In this document: positions 1 to 16,306 of the stretch, piece after piece
Position numbering within the stretch: the first letter of the stretch is position 1
Layout of the letters: every line of letters begins with the position of its first letter
NCBI GenBank assembly: GCA_036398175.1
Contig: DASWHL010000104.1
Coordinates: 5,281-69,280, forward strand
DNA from: Gemmatimonadales bacterium
Lineage (GTDB): Bacteria; Gemmatimonadota; Gemmatimonadetes; Gemmatimonadales; GWC2-71-9
Length of the DNA stretch: 64,000 nt
Direction of reading: 5' to 3'
Made by a program: the position numbers and the translations under genes
Notes under the pieces: model-generated
Databases searched by the model: none
What the model saw: only the letters and a program-made list of their open reading frames with translations
What the model was told of the DNA's origin: nothing

Positions 1-542
1 TTGGTGAGCTCGTCAAGGAACCGGAGGTGGACGTCGTTGCCGCCACGGTCCTCCGGCCGCCCGACGTGCAGCGGCTGATGGATGTCCCCCACGAAGTGCA
101 CGAGAAACCGGAGCGCGTCCCGCCGCTGGGCCGCCGGCAGCGCCCGGTCGGCGACCTCGGCGGTCAGGTCCCGGATGGCCTCGATCACACAGTAGCTCTC
201 GGCGCAGTCTACGGCGGGATCCACCCGCTCCCGGCCCGACGGAATGTTCGTGTAGTGCGCGGTGACGTAACGCGCGTAGGCGGGGTCGTTCCGGATCTCG
301 TCCGCCCAGATGCACGATTCACTGAACCGCTCGTGCGGCCGGGCGCCGGCCAGGATACGCTGCACCGCCGCCCGAGCCACGGGGTTCATCTCCCGCCATG
401 CGACGTCGCAGATCAGCCGGTGTGCGTCGTAGCCCCAGGGGGATGCGGCGGCGCGAGCCGCGGGATGAGCGGGATGAGGGGCCGACAAGAGGGCCAACAG
501 CAGGGGAAGCACAGCGTGTCTCCGGCAGACTGAGGTATACAG
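1..542 (-). CDS. S1/P1-type nuclease, partial (3' end runs off the window start)
   Basis: Absent from the ORF track because it is open-ended. My minus-strand translation reads ...VLPLLLALLSAPHPAHPAARAAASPWGYDAHRLICDVAWREMNP...CIWADEIRNDP...HYTNIP...YCVIEAIRDL...LRFLVHFVGDIHQPLHVGRPEDRGGN... This gives a signal-peptide-like N-terminus, a WG..H start and the HxxGDxHQPLH metal-ligand motif typical of S1/P1 nucleases. The start is uncertain (CTG at 542 or GTG at 512). Confidence 0.7.
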   Translation of the reverse strand, partial: MYTSVCRRHAVLPLLLALLSAPHPAHPAARAAASPWGYDAHRLICDVAWREMNPVARAAVQRILAGARPHERFSESCIWADEIRNDPAYARYVTAHYTNIPSGRERVDPAVDCAESYCVIEAIRDLTAEVADRALPAAQRRDALRFLVHFVGDIHQPLHVGRPEDRGGNDVHLRFLDELT

Positions 543-545
543 GAA

Positions 546-599
546 GTCGCCTCGGCGACAGATGGCGGCCGAGGGCCCGCTTCAGCGGGATCCACCACC
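546..599. repeat. Half copy of a structured palindromic repeat, 52/54 identical to 7370-7423
   Basis: GTCGCCTCGGCGACAGATGGCGGCCGAGGGCCCGCTTCAGCGGGATCCACCACC. It contains two small hairpins, GTCGCC-TC-GGCGAC and CCCGC-TTCA-GCGGG. It lies between the permease stop (620) and the nuclease start. Confidence 0.85.
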
Positions 600-619
600 C
601 CCTCCGCACGTAACCGAGG

Positions 620-1831
620 TCAGGTCGTCAGCAAGATCCAGGCGATCCCCCATGCCAGCGTCAACAGCGTAATCGGCACGCCGGCCCTGAGATACTCCCT
701 GAACGAGAGGCGGACGCCCGCCCGGCCCGCGGACTCCGCCACGATCAGATTGGCGACCGAGCCCAGCAGGGTGAGGTTGCCCGCGAGCGTGGTGGCCATG
801 GCCAGGGTGAGCCAGCCTGCTTCCGGTCGCGCGAGTGCTTCCACAACGGGTCGTAGCAGGAGCACGGCCGGCACGTTCGACACGATATTCGAAACGACGG
901 CTGCGACCATGGACAACTCGGCCACACCGGTCCCCGTCCTCCGGAGCCACCCGAACACCGCGTCCGTGACGCCGAGGCGCTCCGCCGCAAACGTCACCAC
1001 GAACAAGCCGCTGAAGAACACGAGCAGCGACCAGTCTATCTCTTGGAACACGCGGGCCGGCTTGATGCGCCGCGTCACGAGGAGCACGGACGCCGCTCCC
1101 AGAGCCGCGAGGGGGACCGGCATGCCCGCCACCAGACCGATGACCAGCAGGATGGACGCCACGATGCTCTTCCGCAGGAGCGGCCGATGCACACGGCGCG
1201 CGGGCGCCGTGTCAACCTCCACGACGCACGGCGTGAGCGCGCCCCGATAGACCACCAGCAGTACGATGGCGACCAGCAGGAGCCCGCCGATGGCTACGGG
1301 AGCGAGGGCCGCCAGGAACCGGTTGAACCCGATCCCGGAGGCGACCCCGATCAGCATGTTCTGCGGATTGCCGACCAGCGTCGCCACGGACCCGACGTTC
1401 GCGGCCGTTGCCGCAGCCATCAGGAAGGACAGGGGATTGAGCCCCGCCACCCGGGTGACTTCCAGCAGCAGCGGTGTGAAGACGAGGACGATCGTGTCGT
1501 TGAGGAACACCGCCGAGAGCACACCGGCCGTGAACACCGTGACGACGAGCAGGACTGCCGGCGAGTGGGCCCGGTGCGCGAGCTGGCGCGCGACGATGTC
1601 GAAGAACCCCGCGAGCCGCAGGTTGGCGTTGAGGACCATCATCCCGAACAGGAGGACGATCGTGTTCAGGTCAATGACGGGGTAGGCGTCCTCGAGTGAG
1701 ATCGTGCCGACCAGCACGAGCGCGTAGCGCCGACGATGGCCATGGTCGCGCGGTTCATCCGCACGATGGGCAGCGACCCCGCGGCAATGCCCCCAACGAG
1801 CCCCAGCGTGTGGCTGGTCACGCGCCGGCAC
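620..1831 (-). CDS. ArsB/NhaD (CitMHS/SLC13-like) anion permease
   Basis: 403-aa ORF with about 10 hydrophobic helices. Family-like stretches include IDLNTIVLLFGMMVLNANL, ATLVGNPQNMLIG, IDWSLLVFFSGLFVV and SNIVSNVPAVLLL. The first ~37 residues are Arg/His-rich and not membrane-like, so the true start is probably internal. Confidence 0.75.
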   Translation of the reverse strand: MPARDQPHAGARWGHCRGVAAHRADEPRDHGHRRRYALVLVGTISLEDAYPVIDLNTIVLLFGMMVLNANLRLAGFFDIVARQLAHRAHSPAVLLVVTVFTAGVLSAVFLNDTIVLVFTPLLLEVTRVAGLNPLSFLMAAATAANVGSVATLVGNPQNMLIGVASGIGFNRFLAALAPVAIGGLLLVAIVLLVVYRGALTPCVVEVDTAPARRVHRPLLRKSIVASILLVIGLVAGMPVPLAALGAASVLLVTRRIKPARVFQEIDWSLLVFFSGLFVVTFAAERLGVTDAVFGWLRRTGTGVAELSMVAAVVSNIVSNVPAVLLLRPVVEALARPEAGWLTLAMATTLAGNLTLLGSVANLIVAESAGRAGVRLSFREYLRAGVPITLLTLAWGIAWILLTT

Positions 1832-1834
1832 CCG

Positions 1835-6457
<4,623 letters not shown>

Positions 6458-6567
6458 ATCTGGGGCGTGCTACGCCCTGGGCAAGCGCGCGCTATCCCTC
6501 CGTCGTGGACTCAGGTGGTTACCTGAGGCGCGTTGGTGTGGAGGACGGTGGGAACTCGTGGACGGGA

Positions 6568-6650
6568 CTTTCAACATCATGTATTACTTGAGATGTACAC
6601 TGTAATATCTTGACAGATAACATTATACATCGTAGCTGAGAACCACAATG
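6568..6650. promoter_or_regulatory. AT-rich island in the divergent mtgA/NUDIX intergenic region; probable promoter region
   Basis: I counted 17/60 G+C (28%) in 6571-6630, against a very GC-rich background. It contains TTGACA (6610-6615, plus strand), TAATAT (6603-6608, plus strand) and TATAAT on the minus strand (6627-6622). No single hexamer pair has ideal spacing. Confidence 0.4.
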
Positions 6651-6711
6651 TTGGGACTTCCGCCAATCGGGGTGCTCGGTTTTGCGACTTGTGGCCGGTC
6701 CTGTTGGATCA

Positions 6712-7326
6712 ATGTTGGAAAGTCGTCCGTGGTTTCGAGACCGGCCGCTGAGGCAGAAGGGGGCACGCTTGGTTTCGCCCGATGAGATCCGCCAATGGGT
6801 CGAGGCGTTCGATTCTGGAGACGACGGACGGGCCAGTGCGAGCCGCCGGGACATTCTCGCCCTGCTCGACGGCACCAGGCGCCCGGACACACGCACACAG
6901 TTCCAGCCCGGGCATGTGACCGTAAGCGGGCTGGTGCTCTCCGACGACGGCGACGCGGTGCTGCTGGTCCTCCACGCGCGGTTGGGCCGCTGGCTTCAGC
7001 CGGGGGGGCACCTCGAGCCCTCGGATCGGTCTATCGTGGACGCCGCCCGGCGCGAGGTCCGCGAGGAAACGGGCATTCTGGTGGAAGGCGAGCCTGAGCC
7101 AACGCTGGTTGGCCTGGATGTCCACGACATTCCCGCCGCGCGAGGCGAACCAGCCCACCGGCACCACGATCTGATGTTCCGCTTCGTCAGCCCGCGGCAC
7201 CCGCCCCGGCCGGGGCCGGGGGCGCTTCGGGCCGAGTGGTGCGCCGTCGGCCGGCTCGAGGAACTGGGCGTGGACGCCGCCTTGCGGGCGGCGCTGGCCC
7301 GGGCGGGGCTTCGTGGATCCCGCTGA
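6712..7326 (+). CDS. NUDIX hydrolase
   Basis: Nudix box GGHLEPSDRSIVDAARREVREETGI, preceded by VTVSGLVLSDDGDAVLLVLHARLGRWLQPG. The ATG at 6712 is preferred over the TTG at 6682. The stop TGA (7324-7326) lies in a hairpin loop of the repeat element. Confidence 0.85.
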   Translation: MLESRPWFRDRPLRQKGARLVSPDEIRQWVEAFDSGDDGRASASRRDILALLDGTRRPDTRTQFQPGHVTVSGLVLSDDGDAVLLVLHARLGRWLQPGGHLEPSDRSIVDAARREVREETGILVEGEPEPTLVGLDVHDIPAARGEPAHRHHDLMFRFVSPRHPPRPGPGALRAEWCAVGRLEELGVDAALRAALARAGLRGSR

Positions 7327-7417
7327 AGCGGGCCCTCGGCCACGATCTGCCCGTAAGACGGGCGGTGTGGTCGCCTTGGCGACAGATGGCGGCCGAGGGC
7401 CCGCTTTAGCGGGATCC
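7315..7417. repeat. Full palindromic repeat element (REP/MITE-like) between convergent genes
   Basis: The 27-nt arms GGATCCCGCTGAAGCGGGCCCTCGGCC (7315-7341) and GGCCGAGGGCCCGCTTTAGCGGGATCC (7391-7417) are inverted repeats. The 49-nt centre has hairpins CCCGT-AAG-ACGGG and GTCGCC-TT-GGCGAC. The right half recurs at 546-599. Confidence 0.85.
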
Positions 7418-8137
7418 ACCACCACGACCACCACGACGACCACCACCACCACCACCGCCCCCCAGGTCCCACTTCGGGTCGCGCCGCGCCACGTCCTCGG
7501 CAGTTGCAACGGCGGGGTTCAGCCACTCGATCAACGCGGCCCATCCCAGGCTCTCCGGGTCATGGGCCAGGTATCCCTGGACGACGTCGAACACGTGGAA
7601 GCCCTCCCGCAGCTGGAAGGACAGGGTGGGGCCCTTGATCCGTCCCCGGACCACGCCGAGCACGTACTCCTCGGCGGACATGCGCGCGGCATAGCGGTGG
7701 TAGCCGCGCAGCCGGGCGCCGGCGCGGATGCGGAGCAGGCGATAGCGCTCGGCGAGCTCCCGCCGGGCGGCGTACAGCTTGTGACCGATCCGCCGCCGCT
7801 GCATGGCGGGGTGGACCATGACCTCGGCGCCGTACAGGGTCCGGCCCCGTGGGTCGTGGTTCGCGAAGGTCCCCCCGGCCGTGAACTCGCGCCACGTGGC
7901 CCGGCTCTCGTAGTGATCCCAGGTGATCACGAGGCTCGCCGCCGCGCCCACGACGTCCTGCTCGGGGCCGCTGACGGCCACCAACTGTCCCTCCGGGAAC
8001 ACTTCGAGGTGTGAGGCGAGCTGCGCCCGCGTCCAGGGAGGGCTCCCTACGTAGACCGCGCGGGTCAGCGCGATGATGCCGTCCCAGTCGAACGGGCGGG
8101 TGGGCCGCACGACGATCCGCCTGGCGGGCGGCCTCAC
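7406..8137 (-). CDS. GNAT family N-acetyltransferase
   Basis: 243 aa. Acetyl-CoA binding-type segment VMVHPAMQRRRIGHKLYAARRELA. The GTG start overlaps the stop of the upstream nitrilase-family gene (GTGA at 8134-8137). The C-terminal GGGGGGGGRRGGRGGGSR tail is encoded by the microsatellite and the repeat arm. Confidence 0.8.
   Translation of the reverse strand: MRPPARRIVVRPTRPFDWDGIIALTRAVYVGSPPWTRAQLASHLEVFPEGQLVAVSGPEQDVVGAAASLVITWDHYESRATWREFTAGGTFANHDPRGRTLYGAEVMVHPAMQRRRIGHKLYAARRELAERYRLLRIRAGARLRGYHRYAARMSAEEYVLGVVRGRIKGPTLSFQLREGFHVFDVVQGYLAHDPESLGWAALIEWLNPAVATAEDVARRDPKWDLGGGGGGGGRRGGRGGGSR
7418..7456. repeat. Trinucleotide tract (ACC/ACG)x13
   Basis: accaccacgaccaccacgacgaccaccaccaccaccaccacc, directly abutting the repeat element. 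On the minus strand it encodes the Gly/Arg tail of the GNAT protein. Confidence 0.9.
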
Positions 8138-9021
8138 AAGGTCACCACCTCCGGGCTCCGGACCAGCTCCGCGGTCCGGCGGGAGTCCAGCAGGGGGAGC
8201 ACGGTGCCGGTGGAGCGGGACTCCTCGATGGTCCGGAGGTTGAGCTCACCGATGACCATCATCTCCTGGTTGGGGTTCCCCTCCGCGAGAATGCCGTCGC
8301 GGGAGAACGAGAAATCACTCGGGGTGAGGATGGCCGCCTGACCGTAGTTGAGGTGGACGGCGGGGACCATCGGCAGCGAGCCCACCGTGTGCGACACCAC
8401 GACGTACATCTGATTCTCGATGGCGCGGGCGTGGGCGCAGTACTTGACCCGCAGGAATCCCTGGCGGTCGTCCGTGCAGCTCGGCACGAGGAGGATGTGC
8501 GCGCCGAGGTGCGCCGCCGCCCGGGCGATCTCGGGGAACTCCACATCGTAACAGATGGTGATGGCCACGCGGCCGAACTCGGTCTCGAACACCCGCAGGC
8601 CGTTCTTCGGCTTCACCTTCCACTCCTCGTTCTCGAACCGGGTCATGTGCAGTTTGCCCTGCACACCGTGATCGCCGGACGGCGAAAAGAAGAACGCCTG
8701 GTTATACACGTCGTCCGTCACGTCGTCGGGGACGGGGATGGTGCCCCCGAGCACGTAGATCCCGTGCTGGCGGGCCAGGCCCGAGAGCAGCTCGGTGTAC
8801 GGGCCGACCTGGGCGGCCAGATCGCGCACCTGGACCTCGATGGGGCGCTTGACGTCGCCGAGGGTCAGCAGCTGCACCGTGAAGTACTCGGGAAACACCA
8901 CGAGCCGGCACTTGTAGTCGGCCGCGGTCTCCACGAGGGCGGTGACCTGGTCGGCGAACTGCTGGAAGGTCTGGACGGGGCGAACGAAGTACTGGAGCGA
9001 GGCGATGCGGATCCGGTCCAC
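8134..9021 (-). CDS. Carbon-nitrogen hydrolase (nitrilase superfamily) protein
   Basis: 295 aa. Glu-Lys-Cys signature context: LVVFPEYF (catalytic E), VQGKLHMTRFE (K) and VAITICYDVEFPE (C). Confidence 0.9.
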   Translation of the reverse strand: MDRIRIASLQYFVRPVQTFQQFADQVTALVETAADYKCRLVVFPEYFTVQLLTLGDVKRPIEVQVRDLAAQVGPYTELLSGLARQHGIYVLGGTIPVPDDVTDDVYNQAFFFSPSGDHGVQGKLHMTRFENEEWKVKPKNGLRVFETEFGRVAITICYDVEFPEIARAAAHLGAHILLVPSCTDDRQGFLRVKYCAHARAIENQMYVVVSHTVGSLPMVPAVHLNYGQAAILTPSDFSFSRDGILAEGNPNQEMMVIGELNLRTIEESRSTGTVLPLLDSRRTAELVRSPEVVTL

Positions 9022-9038
9022 GGCCGTCCTCCGGAGGT

Positions 9039-11693
<2,655 letters not shown>

Positions 11694-11792
11694 GGTGGCG
11701 TCTCTGTGAGGCCGGCGGGACCGCACCGGATGCGCGGCCCGCGGCGTGGGGTCATCGGCGTGCAAGGACCAGGCCGCCGGTCTCCGTGCGGG

Positions 11793-13184
11793 TCAGCGTG
11801 GCGCGGGTGCCGGGAGGGCCGACGACGGTGTCGCGGCCGCCCCCGCGACGTCCGTGGGATAGTCGCCCGAGAAGCAGGCGTGACAGTAGCGGTCGTCCGG
11901 CCCCGCGGCGGCCAGCATTCCCTCGAGCGACAGGTAGCCCAGCGAGTCCACCCCGAGATGCTCCCGGATCTCCTCGATGGAGTGCGAGGACGCGATCAGC
12001 TCCGCCCGGGTCGGCGTGTCAATCCCGTAGTAGCACGGCCCGGTGATAGGGGGGGAGGCGAGTCGGAAATGCACCTCGCGGGCCCCGGACTGCCGCAGCA
12101 TGTGCACCAGTTCGCGCGACGTCGTGCCGCGCACCAGCGAGTCGTCCACGACCACCACCCGCTTCCCGGCGATGACCTCCTGCACCGGATTGAACTTGAT
12201 CCGCACCTTGGCCACCCGCGCGGCCTGGCCGGGATTGATGAAGGTCCGGCCGACGTAGTGGTTCCGGATGAGGCCGTGCTCCAGCTTGATGCCCGACGAC
12301 TCCGCGAACCCCAGTGCCATGGCGTTGGACGAATCGGGCACGGAAAACACGCAATCGGCCCCCGGCGCGGGGTGCTCCTCCGCCAACCGATGCCCCAGCG
12401 CCCGCCGCACGTGGTCCACCGACCGGCCGAACACGGTGCTGTCGGGTCGGGAAAAGTAGACCAGCTCGAACACGCAGCGCCGCGACGGCGCCGCGGGCAG
12501 CGGCGGCAGGTCCACGACGCGCCCGTCCTGGATCTTGAGCCACTGGCCCGGCTCGAGCTCGCGCACCAGCGACGCGCCGACGATGTCCAACGCGCACGTC
12601 TCCGAGGCGACGACCCATCCGGCGCCGAGCCGCCCGAGGACCAGGGGCCGGAATCCCCGCGCGTCCACGATGGCGTAGAGGGTCCGGCCGATGGTCAGGA
12701 CGAGCGAGTAGGCCCCCTCCACGCGTTCCAGGGCATCGAGGATCTGGTCCTCGACGCGGCGCGCGTCCGAGCGCGCGATGAGGTGCACCAGGACCTCGGA
12801 GTCGGACGAGGACTGGAAGATGGATCCCTGCCGCACCAGGTCGGCGCGTACGTCCCGGGCATTAGTGAGGTTGCCGTTGTGCGCCAGGGCGAGCGCGCCG
12901 CCGTGGTAGTTCACGAGACCCGGCTGGGCGTTGGCCAGCACGGAGCTGCCGGTCGTGGAGTACCGGGTGTGCCCGATGGCCAGGTCCCCGCGCAGCTCGC
13001 GCAGCGTCTCGGCCGAGAACACGTCGTTGACGAGCCCCATCCCGCGGTACGCGCGCGCCTGTCCCTCGTCGTCCACGGCCACCATCCCGGCCGACTCCTG
13101 GCCGCGGTGCTGGAGCGCGTAGAGCCCGAGGTAGACGAGCTGCGCCGCCTCCGGAACCCCGCTCACGCCGAAGATGCCGCACAT
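11793..13184 (-). CDS. purF: Amidophosphoribosyltransferase
   Basis: The N-terminal MCGIFGV Ntn-Cys, YALQHRGQESAGM and the PRPP motif VVVVDDSLVRGTT are present. Confidence 0.95.
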   Translation of the reverse strand: MCGIFGVSGVPEAAQLVYLGLYALQHRGQESAGMVAVDDEGQARAYRGMGLVNDVFSAETLRELRGDLAIGHTRYSTTGSSVLANAQPGLVNYHGGALALAHNGNLTNARDVRADLVRQGSIFQSSSDSEVLVHLIARSDARRVEDQILDALERVEGAYSLVLTIGRTLYAIVDARGFRPLVLGRLGAGWVVASETCALDIVGASLVRELEPGQWLKIQDGRVVDLPPLPAAPSRRCVFELVYFSRPDSTVFGRSVDHVRRALGHRLAEEHPAPGADCVFSVPDSSNAMALGFAESSGIKLEHGLIRNHYVGRTFINPGQAARVAKVRIKFNPVQEVIAGKRVVVVDDSLVRGTTSRELVHMLRQSGAREVHFRLASPPITGPCYYGIDTPTRAELIASSHSIEEIREHLGVDSLGYLSLEGMLAAAGPDDRYCHACFSGDYPTDVAGAAATPSSALPAPAPR

Positions 13185-13188
13185 GGCG

Positions 13189-15474
13189 CTAGTCCTCCGC
13201 GGTCGCGGCGAGCCGCATACGTGAGGGGATGGCCTCGGCGTGGATGCGCCGGGCCTCCGCCACCGGCAGCGTCACCACCGCCCCGGCAACCCGCACGGTC
13301 AGCACGCCGTCCCACCCGTCCACCTGGCCGATGCGGGCGGCCGGGACGCCGGCGTCGCGAGCCGCGGCACGCACGCGGTCGGCCAGCGCGGCGTCCACCG
13401 ACAGCAGCGCGCGTCCCTGATCCTCGCCGAACAGCGCCTCCGCGGCCCCGAGTCCGGGAAGCGCGGCCGCGAGGTCCACCGTGGCGCCGAGACCGGCGGT
13501 GGCGTACGGCCCCCCGAGGGCCGACTCCGACAGCGCCACCGCCAGGCCGCCGTCCGAGCAGTCGTGCGCGCTGCGCACGAGGCCCGCGTCGGCGAGCGCC
13601 ACGAGGAGGTCCACCAGCCGTCGCTCCGCCGCCAGGTCCACGGGTGGCGGCGCGCCGGCCACCTCGCCGAGCACGTGCTCCCAGTAAGCCGATCCGCCGA
13701 GGTGCCCGCGCGTCCGGCCCAGCAGGATGATGGCGTCGCCCGGCGTCGTGAAGTGCGCGCCCACGGCGCGGCGGACGTCATCGAGCAGGCCCACCATCCC
13801 GATCACGGGGGTCGGGTCCACGGCTCCCTGCGGGCTCTCGTTGTAGAAGGAGACGTTCCCGCCGGTCACCGGCGTGCTCAGCGCCTCGCACGCCTCGGCG
13901 ATGCCGCGGCAGGCCTCGCGAAACTGGAAGAAGACCTCGGGGCGCTCCGGGCTCCCGAAATTGAGGCAATTGGTGATGCCGATGGGCCGCGCACCGGTGC
14001 ACGCCACGTTCCGGGCGCTCTCCGCCACCGCCGCCTTGCCGCCCTCGTACGGATCGAGCAGCACGTACCGGGCGGTGCAGTCGGTCGCGACCGCGATGGC
14101 GCGTTCGGTGTCCGGGATCAGCACGACGGCGGCGTCGCCGCCGGGCCCGATGGCCGTGCCGGCCCGGACCGTGGAGTCGTACTGCTGGTACACCCAGCGC
14201 TTGCTGGCCACGGCCGGCGCGTCGAGGAGCACGCGCCAGGCGGCGGCGACGTCGGGCGCGGCGCCGTTCGGGCGACGCGTGCGTCGCGCTGCCGCCGCGT
14301 CGCTCTCCCGGGCCTCGGGCGCGTAGGTGGGGCAATCCTCGATCAGTCCGCGGCCCGGAATCTCCGCCACCACGACCGGCCCGTGCCGGACGCGGAACAC
14401 CCCGTCGTCCGTCACCCGACCGATGGGTACGGCCTCGAGTTCCCACCGGGCCGCGATGGCCTGGACGGCCGTCACGCGGTCGCCGCGGGCCACTACGAGC
14501 ATCCGCTCCTGGGATTCCGAGAGCAGGATCTCGTACGGGGTCATGCCCGGCTCGCGCGTGGGCACCAGCGCGGTGTCAATCTCCACGCCGACCCCGCCCC
14601 GCGCCGCCATCTCGGCCGAGGACGACGTCAGGCCGGCCGCCCCCATGTCCTGGATGGCCACGATGTCGCCCGAGGCGATCAGCTCGAGACTCGCCTCGAG
14701 CAGGAGCTTCTCGGCGAACGGGTCGCCTACCTGGACCTGTGGGCGGCGGGCCTCGCTCTCCTCGGTCAGCTCCTCGGAAGCGAACGAGGCGCCGTGGATG
14801 CCGTCGCGCCCCGTGCGGGACCCGACGGCAATCAGGACGTTGCCGACGCCGCTCGCCACGGCGCGCATGAGCTGGGTTTCGCGCAGGAGACCCACGCACA
14901 TCGCGTTGACCAGGGGGTTGCCGGTGTACGAGGCGCCGAAGTCCACCTCGCCACCCACGGTCGGCACGCCCACGCAATTGCCGTAGTCGCCGATGCCGCG
15001 GACGACGCCGGCAAACAGGTACCGGTTGCGCGGCGAATCGAGCGGCCCGAACCGGAGGCTGTTCAGCAGGGCCACCGGGCGGGCGCCCATGGTGAAGACG
15101 TCGCGCAGGATGCCGCCGGCCCCGGTGGCGGCCCCCTGGTAGGGCTCGACGGCCGACGGGTGGTTGTGCGACTCGATCTTGAACGCGACGGCCCAGCCGT
15201 CTCCGACCGAGAGGACCCCGGCGTTCTCGCCGGGGCCCTGGAGGACCCGCGGCCCGGTGGTCGGGAACCGGCGGAGCACCGGCTTGGAGTGCTTGTAGGA
15301 GCAGTGCTCGCTCCACAGCGCGGAGAAGATGCCCAACTCCGTGAAGGTCGGGTCCCGCCCGAGCAGAGTCCGGATCCCCGCCAGTTCCTGGTCGTTCAGG
15401 CCGTGCTCGCGCACGAGTGCCGGGGTGATCGGGGGATCGCCCGGGAGCGCGCCGGCGCGCGTGGGCCCGGTCAT
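13189..15474 (-). CDS. purL: Phosphoribosylformylglycinamidine synthase subunit PurL
   Basis: [37 protein letters not shown], and duplicated AIR-synthase-like domains. The ATG at 15474 lies 1 nt after the upstream stop. Confidence 0.95.
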   Translation of the reverse strand: MTGPTRAGALPGDPPITPALVREHGLNDQELAGIRTLLGRDPTFTELGIFSALWSEHCSYKHSKPVLRRFPTTGPRVLQGPGENAGVLSVGDGWAVAFKIESHNHPSAVEPYQGAATGAGGILRDVFTMGARPVALLNSLRFGPLDSPRNRYLFAGVVRGIGDYGNCVGVPTVGGEVDFGASYTGNPLVNAMCVGLLRETQLMRAVASGVGNVLIAVGSRTGRDGIHGASFASEELTEESEARRPQVQVGDPFAEKLLLEASLELIASGDIVAIQDMGAAGLTSSSAEMAARGGVGVEIDTALVPTREPGMTPYEILLSESQERMLVVARGDRVTAVQAIAARWELEAVPIGRVTDDGVFRVRHGPVVVAEIPGRGLIEDCPTYAPEARESDAAAARRTRRPNGAAPDVAAAWRVLLDAPAVASKRWVYQQYDSTVRAGTAIGPGGDAAVVLIPDTERAIAVATDCTARYVLLDPYEGGKAAVAESARNVACTGARPIGITNCLNFGSPERPEVFFQFREACRGIAEACEALSTPVTGGNVSFYNESPQGAVDPTPVIGMVGLLDDVRRAVGAHFTTPGDAIILLGRTRGHLGGSAYWEHVLGEVAGAPPPVDLAAERRLVDLLVALADAGLVRSAHDCSDGGLAVALSESALGGPYATAGLGATVDLAAALPGLGAAEALFGEDQGRALLSVDAALADRVRAAARDAGVPAARIGQVDGWDGVLTVRVAGAVVTLPVAEARRIHAEAIPSRMRLAATAED

Positions 15475-15475
15475 G

Positions 15476-15805
15476 TCAGACGCGTCTCGGCTTGTCCGGG
15501 CCACGAACCGCCTCGACGATCGCCCGGAACGCGCCGCCGACCCCCTTGGAAGCGTTCACCGCCACCAGCCGCTCGGCCTCGCCGGCGTCGAACCACAGGC
15601 CCCCGCACTCGGCACAGCGCTCCACCTCGATGCCCGAGTAGTGCTCGACGTGGAGGTCGGCGCCGCAGCGGGGGCATTTCATGAAGTGGCTGCGACGCTC
15701 GGCGAGCCGCGCCTCGAGCTCCGTGGACTTCTTGAGCTCCGCCAGGCGCTCCGCCTCCTTCCGGACGAAGTACTCCTCTTCGTTGCGGCTCGGCTTGTCC
15801 GGCAT
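15476..15805 (-). CDS. Zinc-ribbon protein (TFIIB-type zf family)
   Basis: 109 aa. Two CxxC pairs, CPRCGADL...[17 protein letters not shown], preceded by a charged coiled segment. Confidence 0.7.
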   Translation of the reverse strand: MPDKPSRNEEEYFVRKEAERLAELKKSTELEARLAERRSHFMKCPRCGADLHVEHYSGIEVERCAECGGLWFDAGEAERLVAVNASKGVGGAFRAIVEAVRGPDKPRRV

Positions 15806-15811
15806 TGCCCG

Positions 15812-16306
15812 CTAGCCCTCCGTCCCCGTCGGGGGCGTCGCGCGCGGCTCCTGACCCGGCGGCGACGTGGACGTGCCGCCGTAGGTGTGTCCCGGCCCGC
15901 GCACGATGGCGTTCACCACCGCGTCGTTCTCCAGGAATACGACGTCGAACGTGCCGCACGAGGCCTCGCAGCCGTTCCGGAAGTAGAGGTACGTCCACGC
16001 GCCGAGGGCGCGTTCCGCGACGGGCGGCCCCCAGACCCCGATCACCTCGTCCCGCGTCATGCCGGGGTTCACCGTCCCGGTGTGGGTCGGCGTCCAAGGC
16101 TCGTCCGTGGTCGGCATCTGCACGAGCGGCGCGCGGCGCGCGGGCTCCGATGGTAGCGTCTCCGTAGGGGGCGGGGCCATCGTGGTCGTGTCCATCGCGG
16201 CCGGCGTCTGCTGCTCGACGGGCGCCGGGTCGTCGGCCACGGGCTCGTCGCCGCCGCAGGCGGCCGCGCCGAGCAGCACGATCGGGAACAGATTCCACCG
16301 TTTCAT
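15812..16306 (-). CDS. Lipoprotein, possibly SmpA/OmlA (BamE)-like
   Basis: MKRWNLFPIVLLGAAAC lipobox, a low-complexity linker, then GMTRDEVIGVWGPP...AWTYLYF, which resembles BamE-fold proteins. The functional call is weak. Confidence 0.55.
   Translation of the reverse strand: MKRWNLFPIVLLGAAACGGDEPVADDPAPVEQQTPAAMDTTTMAPPPTETLPSEPARRAPLVQMPTTDEPWTPTHTGTVNPGMTRDEVIGVWGPPVAERALGAWTYLYFRNGCEASCGTFDVVFLENDAVVNAIVRGPGHTYGGTSTSPPGQEPRATPPTGTEG

Noticed and set aside
6510-6527. 7-bp hairpin CTCAGGT-ggtt-ACCTGAG in the mtgA/NUDIX intergenic region.
   Set aside because: It has no U-tract on either strand. It lies upstream of both divergent genes rather than downstream of one, so it is not a terminator. 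It is too small to call as a regulatory RNA without conservation data.
6600-6616. CTGT-N9-ACAG sequence resembling an E. coli-type SOS box inside the AT-rich island.
   Set aside because: The spacer is 9 nt, not 8, and the inner positions are not palindromic. The lexA promoter in this same window carries a different direct-repeat motif instead.
6519-6898. Minus-strand ORFs 6519..6896 (125 aa) and 6623..6898 (91 aa).
   Set aside because: They span the AT-rich intergenic island and run antisense into the NUDIX gene. They have no motifs and implausible composition.
7313-8014. 233-aa plus-strand ORF containing a poly-Thr run (TTTTTTTTTTTT).
   Set aside because: The poly-Thr is the ACC microsatellite read on the other strand and frame. 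The rest is antisense to the GNAT gene and lacks motifs.
13240-15684. 814-aa plus-strand ORF.
   Set aside because: It is antisense to purL and the zinc-ribbon gene, with a low-complexity Arg/Gly/His-rich translation.
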